Assembly: GCA_965277805.1 (NCBI GenBank)
Contig: OZ255842.1
Location: 5,120,001 to 5,184,000 of the forward strand
Reading direction: 5' to 3'
DNA: 64,000 nt
Origin: Candidatus Lustribacter sp.
GTDB lineage: Bacteria; Vulcanimicrobiota; Vulcanimicrobiia; Vulcanimicrobiales; Vulcanimicrobiaceae
Shown here: one piece after another, positions 18,621 to 27,775 of the stretch
Numbering within the stretch: the first letter of the stretch is position 1
Layout of the letters: each line of letters begins with the position of its first letter
Notes under the pieces: model-generated
Databases searched by the model: none
The model's input: only the letters and a program-made list of their open reading frames with translations
Told to the model about the DNA's origin: nothing
Position numbers and translations under genes: made by a program

Positions 18621-20054
18621 TCATTGAATTTCGGTGAGGAGCGGGTCGCCGGGTGGCAGCTCGAGCGCCGGCAGCGTGACCGTGAAAACCGAGCCGCCCT
18701 CGGGCCGGGCGGCCGCCCCGACCATCCCGCCGTGCACCCGGGCGATGCTGCGCACGATCGCAAGACCGAGGCCGGTGCCCTCGATCGTCCGCGAGTGCGA
18801 GGGATCGCCGCGGAAAAACCGGTCGAAGAGGTGCTCCGCGGTTTCGGGCGCGATCCCGATGCCGGTGTCGGTCACGGAGATGCGGGCCACGCCGGGATCG
18901 TGCCCGACGGTGACGACGACCTCACCCTCCTCGGTGAACTTGATCGCGTTGTCGACGAGGTTGCTGATCAACTGGCGGATCAGCGGCGAATCGCCGAGGA
19001 TGTAGGGACCGTCGGGCGCGAGCTCGGCGCGCAGCTCGAGCCCGCTGTTGGCCGCGCGGTCGCGAGCGTGCGCGACGACGTCGGCGACCAGCGGATTGAG
19101 CGCGAGCGGTTCTTTGGGAATCTGATCGCCCGAGTCGGCCTTCGCCAGCGTCAGCATGCCGCCGACCATTTCGGCGAGCCGCGCCGACTCATCGACGATC
19201 GCGTCGAGGCTCTCGGCACGCACTTCGGGATCGCGGTCGCCCCAGCGCCGGATCAGCTGCGCGTTAGCGTTGATGACGGTCAACGGCGTCTTGAACTCGT
19301 GCGAGGCGTCGGAGATGAACTGCCGTTCGCGCGCGAACGCATCTTGCAGCCGGTCGAGCATGGCATCGAACGTGGCGGCGAGCCGCCCGATCTCATCGCC
19401 GCGCTTCCAGCGCAGACGCCGGTCGAGTTTCTCCGAGCCGATCTCCTCCATCGCGTGGGTCAGCCGCACGACCGGATCGACCAAACTGCGCGCGATGAAG
19501 AGCGAAGCGATCACGACCGCGATGCACGCGACGATCGCCGCGTAGATGAGGATCGTCTGCGCGCGCCGCGTCTCGCGGTCGATGATGTCGAGCCGCTGCG
19601 CGACGTGCGCGATGACGATCGGTTTGCCGTTCCGGCTGAGTTTGCGATCGAGCACGAGCAGCGCCACGCCGTCGGTGTCGCGGGCGAACGTGAACCGCTG
19701 CTCGAGGCCGGGCGGCAGCGCGCCCAAACGCAGGTCGCCCATGTTCGAACTCTTGCCGATCGGATAGCCTTCGGGCGTATCGATCTGCACGTACTGCGTG
19801 GTCGAGGCCCACTGATCGAGCTGTTCTTTGTTGGCCAGCGCGTCGAGCGCGGTCGCTTGATCGTAGAACCCCAGTGCGTTGCTGGCCTCGGCCACGCGCG
19901 CGATCTCGTCGGAGGTCGCGGTGATGCCGGCCTTCGCCTGTTCGATCAAGAGCGAACGAAAGGCCAGGCCGATCACGACCGCGCCGACCGCGATGATGAT
20001 CACGATCAGAAGGGCGTAGGACGCGGCGATGCGCGTCCGCAGGCTGAGTTTAAT
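18621..20054 (-). CDS. Membrane sensor histidine kinase (HAMP-HisKA-HATPase); start probably ATT 20054 (ORF track start 20003)
   Basis: Two TM segments, DEIGRLA HAMP, FISDASHEFKTP H-box, NLVDNAIKF, DTGIG, GTGLGL. Confidence 0.92.
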   Translation of the reverse strand: MKLSLRTRIAASYALLIVIIIAVGAVVIGLAFRSLLIEQAKAGITATSDEIARVAEASNALGFYDQATALDALANKEQLDQWASTTQYVQIDTPEGYPIGKSSNMGDLRLGALPPGLEQRFTFARDTDGVALLVLDRKLSRNGKPIVIAHVAQRLDIIDRETRRAQTILIYAAIVACIAVVIASLFIARSLVDPVVRLTHAMEEIGSEKLDRRLRWKRGDEIGRLAATFDAMLDRLQDAFARERQFISDASHEFKTPLTVINANAQLIRRWGDRDPEVRAESLDAIVDESARLAEMVGGMLTLAKADSGDQIPKEPLALNPLVADVVAHARDRAANSGLELRAELAPDGPYILGDSPLIRQLISNLVDNAIKFTEEGEVVVTVGHDPGVARISVTDTGIGIAPETAEHLFDRFFRGDPSHSRTIEGTGLGLAIVRSIARVHGGMVGAAARPEGGSVFTVTLPALELPPGDPLLTEIQ

Positions 20055-20742
20055 CTTTTAGGGCGTAACCGACGCCGCGTACGGTTTGAATCAGCTTGTC
20101 GTCGAAACCGTCATCGATCTTGCCGCGCAAGTAGCGGATGTAGACGTCGATGAGGTTGGAGTCGCCGAGGAAATCGCTGCCCCACACGCCGTTGAAGAGC
20201 TCGTCCCGCGTGTGCACTTTGTTGCGGTGCAGCAAGAGATATTCGAGCAGCGCGTACTCTTTGGCCGTGAGCTGGATGTCTTTGCCCGCACGCTGCACTT
20301 CGTGGCGGTCGCGGTCCATCGTGAGGTCTTTCGCGCCGATCACGTTGTCGTGCGGCTGACGGTCGCGCAACCGCGCGCGAATGCGCGCCAAGAGTTCTTC
20401 GATCGAAAACGGCTTGGTCAGGTAGTCATCGGCGCCGTGATCGAGCCCGGCGACGCGGTCGGGGATGCGGTCTTTGGCCGTGAGCATGATGATCGGCACG
20501 TTGCTCTTGGCGCGAATGCGCGCGCAGACTTCCATGCCGTCGAGTTTGGGCAGCATCAGGTCGAGCACGACGAGATCGGGCTCTTTGAGCGCGCGCTCGA
20601 GGCCCGCGAGGCCGTCGCGCGCGGTCTCGACTTCGTAGCCCTCGTGCTTGAGTTCGAGTTCGAGCACGCGCAAGATCTGCGCGTCGTCTTCGACGATCAG
20701 CACTTTGTAGGTGCGGTCGGTTGCCGGGGTCGTGCTGCTCAC
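20050..20742 (-). CDS. OmpR/PhoB family response regulator (MprA-like)
   Basis: VEDD, LDLMLP, LTAKD, GADDYLTKPF, NLIDVYIRYLRGKID, TVRGVGY. Confidence 0.95.
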   Translation of the reverse strand: MSSTTPATDRTYKVLIVEDDAQILRVLELELKHEGYEVETARDGLAGLERALKEPDLVVLDLMLPKLDGMEVCARIRAKSNVPIIMLTAKDRIPDRVAGLDHGADDYLTKPFSIEELLARIRARLRDRQPHDNVIGAKDLTMDRDRHEVQRAGKDIQLTAKEYALLEYLLLHRNKVHTRDELFNGVWGSDFLGDSNLIDVYIRYLRGKIDDGFDDKLIQTVRGVGYALKD

Positions 20743-20768
20743 GGGCGCGTGTCCGGTTGCTTACTCAC

Positions 20769-21128
20769 CTACCGGTTATACACGCTGAGGCGCGGGGTTG
20801 CCATGAACGGCAGGCTAGAAATCCACCACACCGACGAAATGCCCACCGCGAGCCACACGTAGGTCGAGCGCGAGAAGAGGCCGAGTCCGCGCGCGCCGGC
20901 TACGATCATATCGGCGAGGCGCGCCCCTGCGTGGGGCGTCGTTTGGAAGAGCCAGACGCTCAGCGAGCCCACGAACGCGACTGCGGCGACGAGCAAGCAC
21001 AGTTCCCACGCGCGGAACGTCGGTGCCGGGCGCAGCACCGTCGCGGCCAGGATCCGGCCGTGCAGGTCGGCCGGCGGCTCCTCGAGCGGCAGCGCGTCGA
21101 GCGCGCGGTCCAGTTCGTCGTCGGTCAT
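20769..21128 (-). CDS. Putative membrane anti-sigma factor
   Basis: ATGA overlap with ECF sigma; short soluble N-terminus (LDRALDALPLEEPPADL) plus two hydrophobic helices. Confidence 0.65.
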   Translation of the reverse strand: MTDDELDRALDALPLEEPPADLHGRILAATVLRPAPTFRAWELCLLVAAVAFVGSLSVWLFQTTPHAGARLADMIVAGARGLGLFSRSTYVWLAVGISSVWWISSLPFMATPRLSVYNR

Positions 21129-21721
21129 GTGGTTCTCCGTTGGGCGGTAGGCCCCAGTGCGGCCCGTAACAGGTCTTTTGCCCGGAAAAGATGCGTCTTC
21201 ACGGTTCCGAGCGGAAGACCCAGTACGACGGCGATTTCCTCGTACTGCTTTCCTTGAAGATGGAAGAGCGTGATGACGGTCCGGTATTTTTCCGGCAGCG
21301 CGGCGATCGCCGCGCGCAGCCGGGCGGATTCTTCGGACGCCACGAACGCGCCCTCGGGTCCGGCGCCCGGGTCGGCGACGTCGGGCGGTTCCTCGCCCGT
21401 GAAGCGCTTGCGCTTGGCGAGCCGGTCGCAGCACACGCGGTAACAGATCGTGAAGATCCAGGTCGCGAACTTCGCGCCGGGCCGGAACGAGGCGAGGGCG
21501 CGGTAGGCCTTCATCCAGGCCTCTTGGCAGGCGTCTTTCGCCTCCTCGACCTCGCGCAGCGTGCGGTAGGCGAGGTGATAGACCGCGCGTTCGTAGCGCT
21601 CGACGAGGGTGCCGAACGCGTCGCCGCGGCCCGCCAGAACGAGCGCGATCAAGTCATCGTCCGTGGGGACGACGGCTTTGGCCCGTTCCGCCGGCGGTTC
21701 GGCCAACAGTGCGACTCCCAT
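21125..21721 (-). CDS. ECF RNA polymerase sigma-70 factor (SigW-like)
   Basis: FGTLVERY, AKDACQEAW, FATWIFTI, LPEKYR, YEEIAVVLGLPLGTVKTHLFRAK. Confidence 0.92.
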   Translation of the reverse strand: MGVALLAEPPAERAKAVVPTDDDLIALVLAGRGDAFGTLVERYERAVYHLAYRTLREVEEAKDACQEAWMKAYRALASFRPGAKFATWIFTICYRVCCDRLAKRKRFTGEEPPDVADPGAGPEGAFVASEESARLRAAIAALPEKYRTVITLFHLQGKQYEEIAVVLGLPLGTVKTHLFRAKDLLRAALGPTAQRRTT

Positions 21722-21732
21722 CTGCGCGCATG

Positions 21733-21757
21733 TACGCGGGACCGCGGCCCAAGTTTC
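21733..21757 (-). promoter_or_regulatory. ECF-type promoter GAAAC-N16-CGTA driving the sigma/anti-sigma operon
   Basis: Minus strand reads GAAAC ttgggccgcggtcccg CGTA, matching the core of the B. subtilis SigW consensus TGAAAC-N16-CGTA. Confidence 0.75.
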
Positions 21758-21762
21758 GCCGC

Positions 21763-21787
21763 GAAACACCGCCGCCGGTCGGCCGTA
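21763..21787 (+). promoter_or_regulatory. ECF-type promoter GAAAC-N16-CGTA driving the DUF4097/DUF6249-like operon
   Basis: GAAAC accgccgccggtcggc CGTA, 8 nt before ATG 21796. Confidence 0.75.
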
Positions 21788-21795
21788 CATGGGGC

Positions 21796-22755
21796 ATGGT
21801 TCCACGCGCAACGCTCATCGCCGTCCTGGTCGGCATTGAGATGGCCCTGATCTTCGCGATGGTCGTCGCCATGGGCGGCGGCCCGAAAACCCATTACGGC
21901 GGCTGGCCGGGTGCTCCGGCCGGCGCGGCCGCGCTGACCCCGCAGACGGCGCCGCAGACGTTCCCGGCCGGCGACCACCCGGCCCTCGCGATCGACGTCG
22001 GCATGGCCGACGTCACGATCGATACGCATCCCGATGCGCGCATCGACGTTTCGGTGACCGACGGCTTTCACCACATCGGTTCGCAAGCGCCGATCGTTTC
22101 GCGAGCCGACGGCAGCACCGTCCGCATCTCGGCCGATGAAAGCGATTTCTGGTCGTTCCTCGGCGACAGCCGCATCGTGCACATCACGGCACCGGCCGAA
22201 ACGCGCGTCGTCATCGCCAACGCCGGCAACATCAACGTAACGGGTTTGCGTGCCGACGCCACGGTTACGAGCGGCGCGCACTTCCATCCCGGCGACGGCA
22301 TCAGCGTGCGCGACTTCCGCGGTTCGCTGACGGCAACGAGTCCCGACGGCACGATCGACGTCACCGACGCCGATTGTCCGCAACTGCGCCTCACTTCGTC
22401 GAACGGGCGCCTCACCCTGACGCGGGTGCGTGCCCAGCAGATCTTCGCATCGAGCAGCAACGGCCGCGTCGAGGGCACGGGCTTACGGTTGCGTGACGGC
22501 AGCGTCGCGAGTTCCAACGGGCGCGTGTCGCTCGGCTTCGCGAGCGGGGCCGATACCACCGTCACGGCCGGCGCGGCCAACGGGCGCGTGCGGGTTTCCG
22601 GCTTCGCCGCGACGCCCGCAACCTACGTGCGCGGGAATGATGAAGATGACGACGACGACTCGTCGGCGGCGAAAACGGTGCGCATCGGCGCGGGCAGCGG
22701 GCGGCTCGACGTGCGCGCCAGCAACGGTAGTATCGATCTCAGTCAGGAAGGCTAA
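21796..22755 (+). CDS. Membrane-anchored DUF4097-like beta-strand repeat protein
   Basis: N-terminal TM; repeats TSSNGRL, SSSNGRV, ASSNGRV, AANGRV, ASNGSI. Confidence 0.75.
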   Translation: MVPRATLIAVLVGIEMALIFAMVVAMGGGPKTHYGGWPGAPAGAAALTPQTAPQTFPAGDHPALAIDVGMADVTIDTHPDARIDVSVTDGFHHIGSQAPIVSRADGSTVRISADESDFWSFLGDSRIVHITAPAETRVVIANAGNINVTGLRADATVTSGAHFHPGDGISVRDFRGSLTATSPDGTIDVTDADCPQLRLTSSNGRLTLTRVRAQQIFASSSNGRVEGTGLRLRDGSVASSNGRVSLGFASGADTTVTAGAANGRVRVSGFAATPATYVRGNDEDDDDDSSAAKTVRIGAGSGRLDVRASNGSIDLSQEG

Positions 22756-22760
22756 GGAGC

Positions 22761-23375
22761 ATGGACGACAACCTCATACCGGTCCTCGGTATCATCTGTC
22801 TCTTCGGATTGCCGGTGGTCGGTTGGATCTTGGGCCGCGTGATGAAGCACCGCGAGCGAATGGAGATGCTCCGGATGGGCATGATCCCGCCGCCCGATGG
22901 TCGCGGCTGGCGAAATCGCGACCGCTTCGCAGCGGGTCCGGGCGTGCCGCCGCCGTGGACGGCTGCGCCGGGGCCGATCGGCGGAGCGCCGTTCAACTAC
23001 AACGCCTACGAGGACCCGAACTCGGCGCAGTGCACGATGCGCCGCGGCATCCTGACCGCGATGGTCGGCTTTGCAATCCTGATCGGCCTCTCGTTCATCG
23101 GCTATCGCGGCGGCGACGGACCGTTTGTGCCGGCGTCGATCCATCCCGGACCCTGGCTCTTGGGCGGCCTGATCCCGATGTTCGTGGGCATTGCGCAGAT
23201 CATCATCGCGCTGCTGTCGGGCGCCACGTTCAACATCCGTATGATGCCGCCGCCGAGCGGTCCGGCCGGACCGCCGCCGGGACAGCGCACCTATGGCTCC
23301 GCGGCCCAGCCCGGGCCGCCCGGACCGCGTTATGAAGAGCTGGCGCGGCCCGTACCACCGCCCGATCGCACCTAA
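22761..23375 (+). CDS. Membrane protein, DUF6249-like, Pro-rich
   Basis: TM-HRERMEMLRMG...RRGILTAMVG-TM...GLIPMFVGIA-TM pattern. Confidence 0.6.
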   Translation: MDDNLIPVLGIICLFGLPVVGWILGRVMKHRERMEMLRMGMIPPPDGRGWRNRDRFAAGPGVPPPWTAAPGPIGGAPFNYNAYEDPNSAQCTMRRGILTAMVGFAILIGLSFIGYRGGDGPFVPASIHPGPWLLGGLIPMFVGIAQIIIALLSGATFNIRMMPPPSGPAGPPPGQRTYGSAAQPGPPGPRYEELARPVPPPDRT

Positions 23376-23382
23376 GTCAACG

Positions 23383-23420
23383 CAAAAAGAGCGAGCCGCC
23401 GAAGCGACTCGCTCTTTTTG
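23383..23420. terminator. Bidirectional intrinsic terminator
   Basis: CAAAAAGAGCGAG...CTCGCTCTTTTTG hairpin with A and T tracts between convergent genes. Confidence 0.88.
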
Positions 23421-23444
23421 ATATTCCCGGCTTTCGTTGCGCCG

Positions 23445-23585
23445 CTAGCGGCAGGTAACGATCGCCATCGCCCAACCGCTCGCAGTACGCGTGCGGACGA
23501 GATATCCGTCTTCGGTGCGGTCGTAAACGCTGTAGCCCGCTCTTAGCGCGTCAGCTAGCGTTTTGAAGACCTGAATCCCGGCCAT
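23445..23585 (-). CDS. Small hypothetical protein (46 aa, MAGIQVFKTLADALRAGY...)
   Basis: Strong SD GAGGAGG upstream; terminator downstream. Confidence 0.75.
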   Translation of the reverse strand: MAGIQVFKTLADALRAGYSVYDRTEDGYLVRTRTASGWAMAIVTCR

Positions 23586-23738
23586 CTCGGTGCTCCCTCC
23601 TCGCGGACCTAATGCCGCGATGTTCCTGTCCCTATTACCTATAACGGCCAGAATCTTACCTGCGTTCACCTCTCATCGAATTTTCTCCGTAAAGATACGT
23701 TGCGGGTAGCGTGCGGGCCGGTCGCCAACTTTGCCGGG

Positions 23739-24443
23739 GTGCAGACTCGCCTCGTCGTTGCGCTCGATGTTCCGACATTTGTCAGGGCTGAGCGTTTGAT
23801 CGAGGCGCTTCAGGGCTGCGATGTGACCTTCAAGGTCGGCTACGAGGCCCTTTACGGCTACGGGCCCGAGCTGCTGAGCTCGCTTGAGACGCGTAATGCC
23901 GAGTATATGCTCGACGTCAAGCTGCATGATATCCCTCGGACGGTCCATGCGGCGGTACAAGCGTTGGTCCGGCCGGGTGTGTCGCTGCTCACGGTGCACG
24001 CGCTCGGCGGGGGCGAGATGCTCGCCGCGGCCGTCGAGGCCGCTGCGGAGCGGGCCGCCGAGCTCGGCATCGCGATACCGCGTGTGCTCGCGATCACGGT
24101 GCTCACGAGCCACGCGCCCGGCGATCTCGCCCCGCTCGGCCTTGCGGGCAGCACGATCGACAACGCGTTGCGCCTGGCGGCGATCGCCAAGGACGCGCGT
24201 TGCGCCGGCGTCGTCTGTTCGGTGACGGAAGTGCGCGTGCTCAAGGCCGCGTTGGGCAGCGATTTCATCGCGCTCTGTCCGGGCATCCGTCCGAGCGGCG
24301 GCGCGCACGGCGATCAGCGGCGCGTTGCAACGCCGCGCGACGCGCATCTCGCCGGCGCCGACTACATCGTCGTCGGCCGGCCGATCATCGAAGACAACGA
24401 CCCTGCCGCTGCGGCCCAAGCGATCCTCGCGGAGTTGAACTAA
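23739..24443 (+). CDS. pyrF: Orotidine-5'-phosphate decarboxylase
   Basis: VALD, FKVG, LDVKLHDIP, TVLTS, PGIRP, DQRRVATP, VVGRPI. Confidence 0.95.
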   Translation: MQTRLVVALDVPTFVRAERLIEALQGCDVTFKVGYEALYGYGPELLSSLETRNAEYMLDVKLHDIPRTVHAAVQALVRPGVSLLTVHALGGGEMLAAAVEAAAERAAELGIAIPRVLAITVLTSHAPGDLAPLGLAGSTIDNALRLAAIAKDARCAGVVCSVTEVRVLKAALGSDFIALCPGIRPSGGAHGDQRRVATPRDAHLAGADYIVVGRPIIEDNDPAAAAQAILAELN

Positions 24444-24445
24444 CC

Positions 24446-25024
24446 GTGCTCGCACTCACGCCCGAAACATTGCTCGACGAACTGCGCGCGCGCGGCGCGC
24501 TGCTCGACGGTCACTTCCGTCTCTCGTCGGGCCGTCACTCGAACCGCTTCGTGCAGAAGTTCCGCTTCCTCGAAGACCCTGCGCTGCTGGAACGCATCGT
24601 CGCCGCGATGCTGCAGACGATGCCGGACCTCGACGTGACGTGCGTCGTTTCGGCCGCGGTCGGCGGCATCGTGCTCGGTTACGAAGCGGCGCGCCAACTC
24701 GGCACGCGCGCGATCTTCGTCGAGAAAGAAGCCGGAACGGCGCGCTTTCGCCGCGGTTTCGGCGTGTCGCGCGGCGAGCGCGTGCTGGTGGTCGAGGACG
24801 TGATCACGACCGGGCTCTCGGTGCGCGAGGTGATCGACGTCGTCACGGCCGAGGGCGGGGTCGCGGCCGCGGCCGCCGTCGTCGTGCGCCGCAGCGCCGC
24901 CGAAGTGGGCGCGACGCTCTATGCGCTGCTCGATCTGCCGATGGAGTCGTACGAGCCCGCGGAGTGCCCGCAATGTGCGGCGGGCGAGGCGCTGGACGAG
25001 CCGGGATCGCGCTTTTTACGCTGA
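24446..25024 (+). CDS. pyrE: Orotate phosphoribosyltransferase
   Basis: GHFRLSSGRHS, VVEDVITTG PRPP motif, C-terminal CPQC. Confidence 0.92.
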   Translation: MLALTPETLLDELRARGALLDGHFRLSSGRHSNRFVQKFRFLEDPALLERIVAAMLQTMPDLDVTCVVSAAVGGIVLGYEAARQLGTRAIFVEKEAGTARFRRGFGVSRGERVLVVEDVITTGLSVREVIDVVTAEGGVAAAAAVVVRRSAAEVGATLYALLDLPMESYEPAECPQCAAGEALDEPGSRFLR

Positions 25025-25065
25025 CGGGCACCCACCGGCCGGGGCGCGAACGTCAACGGCACCCC

Positions 25066-26187
25066 ATGGACTACGTTTCTCTCGCACGGCCGGTCGTGCG
25101 GCAACTCCACGAGTACAGCGCCGGCACGACGATCGACCAGGCGAAGCGGCGCTTCGGCCAGCTCGACCGCATCATCAAGCTCTCGTCGAACGAAAACCCG
25201 CGCGGTTCCTCGCCGAAAGCGCTGGCCGCAATGGAGACGTTGACGGGCGCCAACCTCTACGCCGACGACGATCATCTCCATCTGCGCGCGCGTCTCTCCG
25301 AGCCCTACGGACTGCGCATCGAGAACACGATCCTCGGCCACGGCAGCAACGAGATTCTGCTGATGTTCTTCCTCACGTTCATCGGCCCGGGCGATGAAGT
25401 GATCATGGCCGACCCGACGTTCTCGCTCTTTCCGGCCGACGCGATCGTGACCGGCGCAACGCCGGTGCGCGTGCCGCTGCGCGACGGCGGCCACGATCTC
25501 GACGCGATGCTCGCGGCCGTTACGCCGCGTACCAAAGCCGTGATCATCTGCGATCCGAACAACCCGAGCGCAACCTGCGTCGATCCGGACGCGTTCGCGC
25601 ACTTCGCCTCGCTCTTGCCGCCCAACGTGCTGATGTTCATCGATCAGGCCTACCGCGAGTATATGCCGGCCGCGAGCGTCGAGGGCACCGATTACGTGAA
25701 ATCGCGCCGCGGCACGATCGTCACCCGCACGATGTCGAAACTCTACGGTCTGGCATCGGTGCGCTTCGGCTACGGTTTCGCCGACCAAGGCATGATCGAT
25801 TTGATGCAGCGCGTGCGCGTGCCGTTCAACGTGTCCTCGCCCGCGGCGCTGGCGGCGCTGGGCGCGCTCGATGACGATGAGTTCCGGGCGGACACGATCG
25901 CGATGAACGACGAAGGCAAAGCGTTCCTCAACGCGGCGTTCGGCCGCCTCGGACTCTTTGCGTATCCCTCGGCCGCGAACTTCATCGCGGTGCGCGTGCC
26001 GGTCGCCGCCGACGCCGCTTACGACGACCTGCTCAAACGCGGCATCATCGTACGCTCGGGCGACAAGCTCGGTATGCCGAACTTCTTGCGCATCACGATC
26101 GGCTTGCCGGAAGAAAATCGTGCGCTCGTCGCCGCACTGGAAGCCGAGCTGCCGCAGTGGCGGGAACGCGCGCAAGTTTCCGCATGA
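25066..26187 (+). CDS. hisC: Histidinol-phosphate aminotransferase
   Basis: IKLSSNENP, GSNE, PNNP, DQAY, RTMSKLYGLA..RFGY, LRITIG. Confidence 0.9.
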   Translation: MDYVSLARPVVRQLHEYSAGTTIDQAKRRFGQLDRIIKLSSNENPRGSSPKALAAMETLTGANLYADDDHLHLRARLSEPYGLRIENTILGHGSNEILLMFFLTFIGPGDEVIMADPTFSLFPADAIVTGATPVRVPLRDGGHDLDAMLAAVTPRTKAVIICDPNNPSATCVDPDAFAHFASLLPPNVLMFIDQAYREYMPAASVEGTDYVKSRRGTIVTRTMSKLYGLASVRFGYGFADQGMIDLMQRVRVPFNVSSPAALAALGALDDDEFRADTIAMNDEGKAFLNAAFGRLGLFAYPSAANFIAVRVPVAADAAYDDLLKRGIIVRSGDKLGMPNFLRITIGLPEENRALVAALEAELPQWRERAQVSA

Positions 26188-26654
26188 GCGAACGGATCGC
26201 GATCCGGCTCGGAGACGCCGCTCGCGATCGCGCGTTCATCGTCGACCTCGGGCGGCGCGTGGCGTCGACCAGCGTGTCGTCGCAACGCGTCACGGTGTTG
26301 CCGCTGGTCGAGGCCGCCTACGAACAGTTGATCGACTACACCCTGCGGCGCGAGCACGAGATCTTGGTGGCCGAGGTCGACGACGTCGCGGCGGCCTTCG
26401 CCCTGCTGCTCTACGACGAGCCGGATCAAGTTTCGCTGACCGAGCAAACCTTTCTCGCCTACATGGCCGTTGAGCCGGCGTGGGAGCGCCGCGGGATCGG
26501 CCGCGCGCTGCTGGCGGTCGTCGAAGAGCAGGCCCGCAAACGCGGCTTTCCCTATTTGACGCTGATGGTGACCGAAGAAAACGCGGCGGCGCGCGCGCTG
26601 TACGAATCGGCCGGTTTCACGACGGAGCGCCGGCAAATGGTGAAGGAGCTATGA
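26184..26654 (+). CDS. GNAT family N-acetyltransferase
   Basis: MAVEPAWERRGIGRALL, NAAARALYESAGF. Confidence 0.88.
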   Translation: MSERIAIRLGDAARDRAFIVDLGRRVASTSVSSQRVTVLPLVEAAYEQLIDYTLRREHEILVAEVDDVAAAFALLLYDEPDQVSLTEQTFLAYMAVEPAWERRGIGRALLAVVEEQARKRGFPYLTLMVTEENAAARALYESAGFTTERRQMVKEL

Positions 26655-27775
26655 ACGGTTTGGCCGCGCGGCGCATTACGATCGTCATCGTGGTGCTGCT
26701 GCTCGTCGCAGCGGCCGTGTTCGTCGCCGTGCGCATCCCGCGCACGATCTCGATCTTTCTCGTCGCCTCGTTCATCGCGTTCGGCGCGGCACCGCTGGTG
26801 CAACGGCTGGAACGCTGGATGCCGCGCGGCGCCGCGATCGCGGTCGTGTATCTCGCCCTCGCCGGGGCACTGGTTCTTTTGGCGCTGGTGATCATCCCGA
26901 TCACCTACGCGCAGATCCTCGTGCTGGTCGGACATACGAGCGATTACGTCATCGCATCGCAAGACGGCGTCGCGCATCTCGAAACGTTCCTGCGCAACCG
27001 GCTCGGCGACCGCGTCGCGCTGCCGACGTTCGGACAGCTGCAGGCCGAGGTCGGCGATCGCGTCGGCACGATGTTCTCGCTCACGCTGGCGTCGATCGGA
27101 GCGATCCTTATCAGCATGGTCAACGCGCTGCTGATCGGCATCTCGGCGCTGATTCTGTCGATCTTCTTTCTCTCGCAAGGGCACGCGGTGCGCGGCGGCA
27201 TGCTGGAGCTGCTGCCGCTCACACGCCGCGCGAAAGCGAACGCCCTGATCGTCGAGGTCGCATCGATCTTCGGGCATTTCGTAGCGGGCCAGCTCGCGCT
27301 GTGCGCGATCGTCGGCGCGGCCGTGTGGGCGGTGCTGCTACCGGTGCACTTCGGCTTCGCGCTGCTGGTCGCGGTCGTGTGCGCGATCGGCTATGCGGTA
27401 CCGTTTTTCGGAATGATCGTCGCGCAAGTCATTGCGGCGGCGCTTGCGATCCCGCAGGGCACCGGCATGGTTATCTATGTGTCCGTGGCGATCTTCGTGA
27501 TCGCGCGTATCGCCGACAGCGTGCTGGTACCGAAGATCATGGCCGACGCGGTCGGCGTCTCACCGATCGGCGTGATGTTCGCGGTCTTTGCCGGCGGCGA
27601 GCTGTTCGGCTTGTGGGGCTTGATTCTCGGCATCCCCGCGGCGGCGCTCGTGCGCGTGCTGTTCACCTACTTCGCGCTGCCGTGGATCCGTGCGCAGCAA
27701 CTCGAGCCGCAGCATCCGGCCGAAGTTACGGTTGAAGCCGGCGGACTGATCGTCACCGTTCAGAACGAATCGTGA
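26651..27775 (+). CDS. AI-2E family transporter (PerM-like)
   Basis: Multi-TM; VPFFG, LVPKIMADAVGVSP, FGLWGLILGIP. Confidence 0.85.
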   Translation: MNGLAARRITIVIVVLLLVAAAVFVAVRIPRTISIFLVASFIAFGAAPLVQRLERWMPRGAAIAVVYLALAGALVLLALVIIPITYAQILVLVGHTSDYVIASQDGVAHLETFLRNRLGDRVALPTFGQLQAEVGDRVGTMFSLTLASIGAILISMVNALLIGISALILSIFFLSQGHAVRGGMLELLPLTRRAKANALIVEVASIFGHFVAGQLALCAIVGAAVWAVLLPVHFGFALLVAVVCAIGYAVPFFGMIVAQVIAAALAIPQGTGMVIYVSVAIFVIARIADSVLVPKIMADAVGVSPIGVMFAVFAGGELFGLWGLILGIPAAALVRVLFTYFALPWIRAQQLEPQHPAEVTVEAGGLIVTVQNES

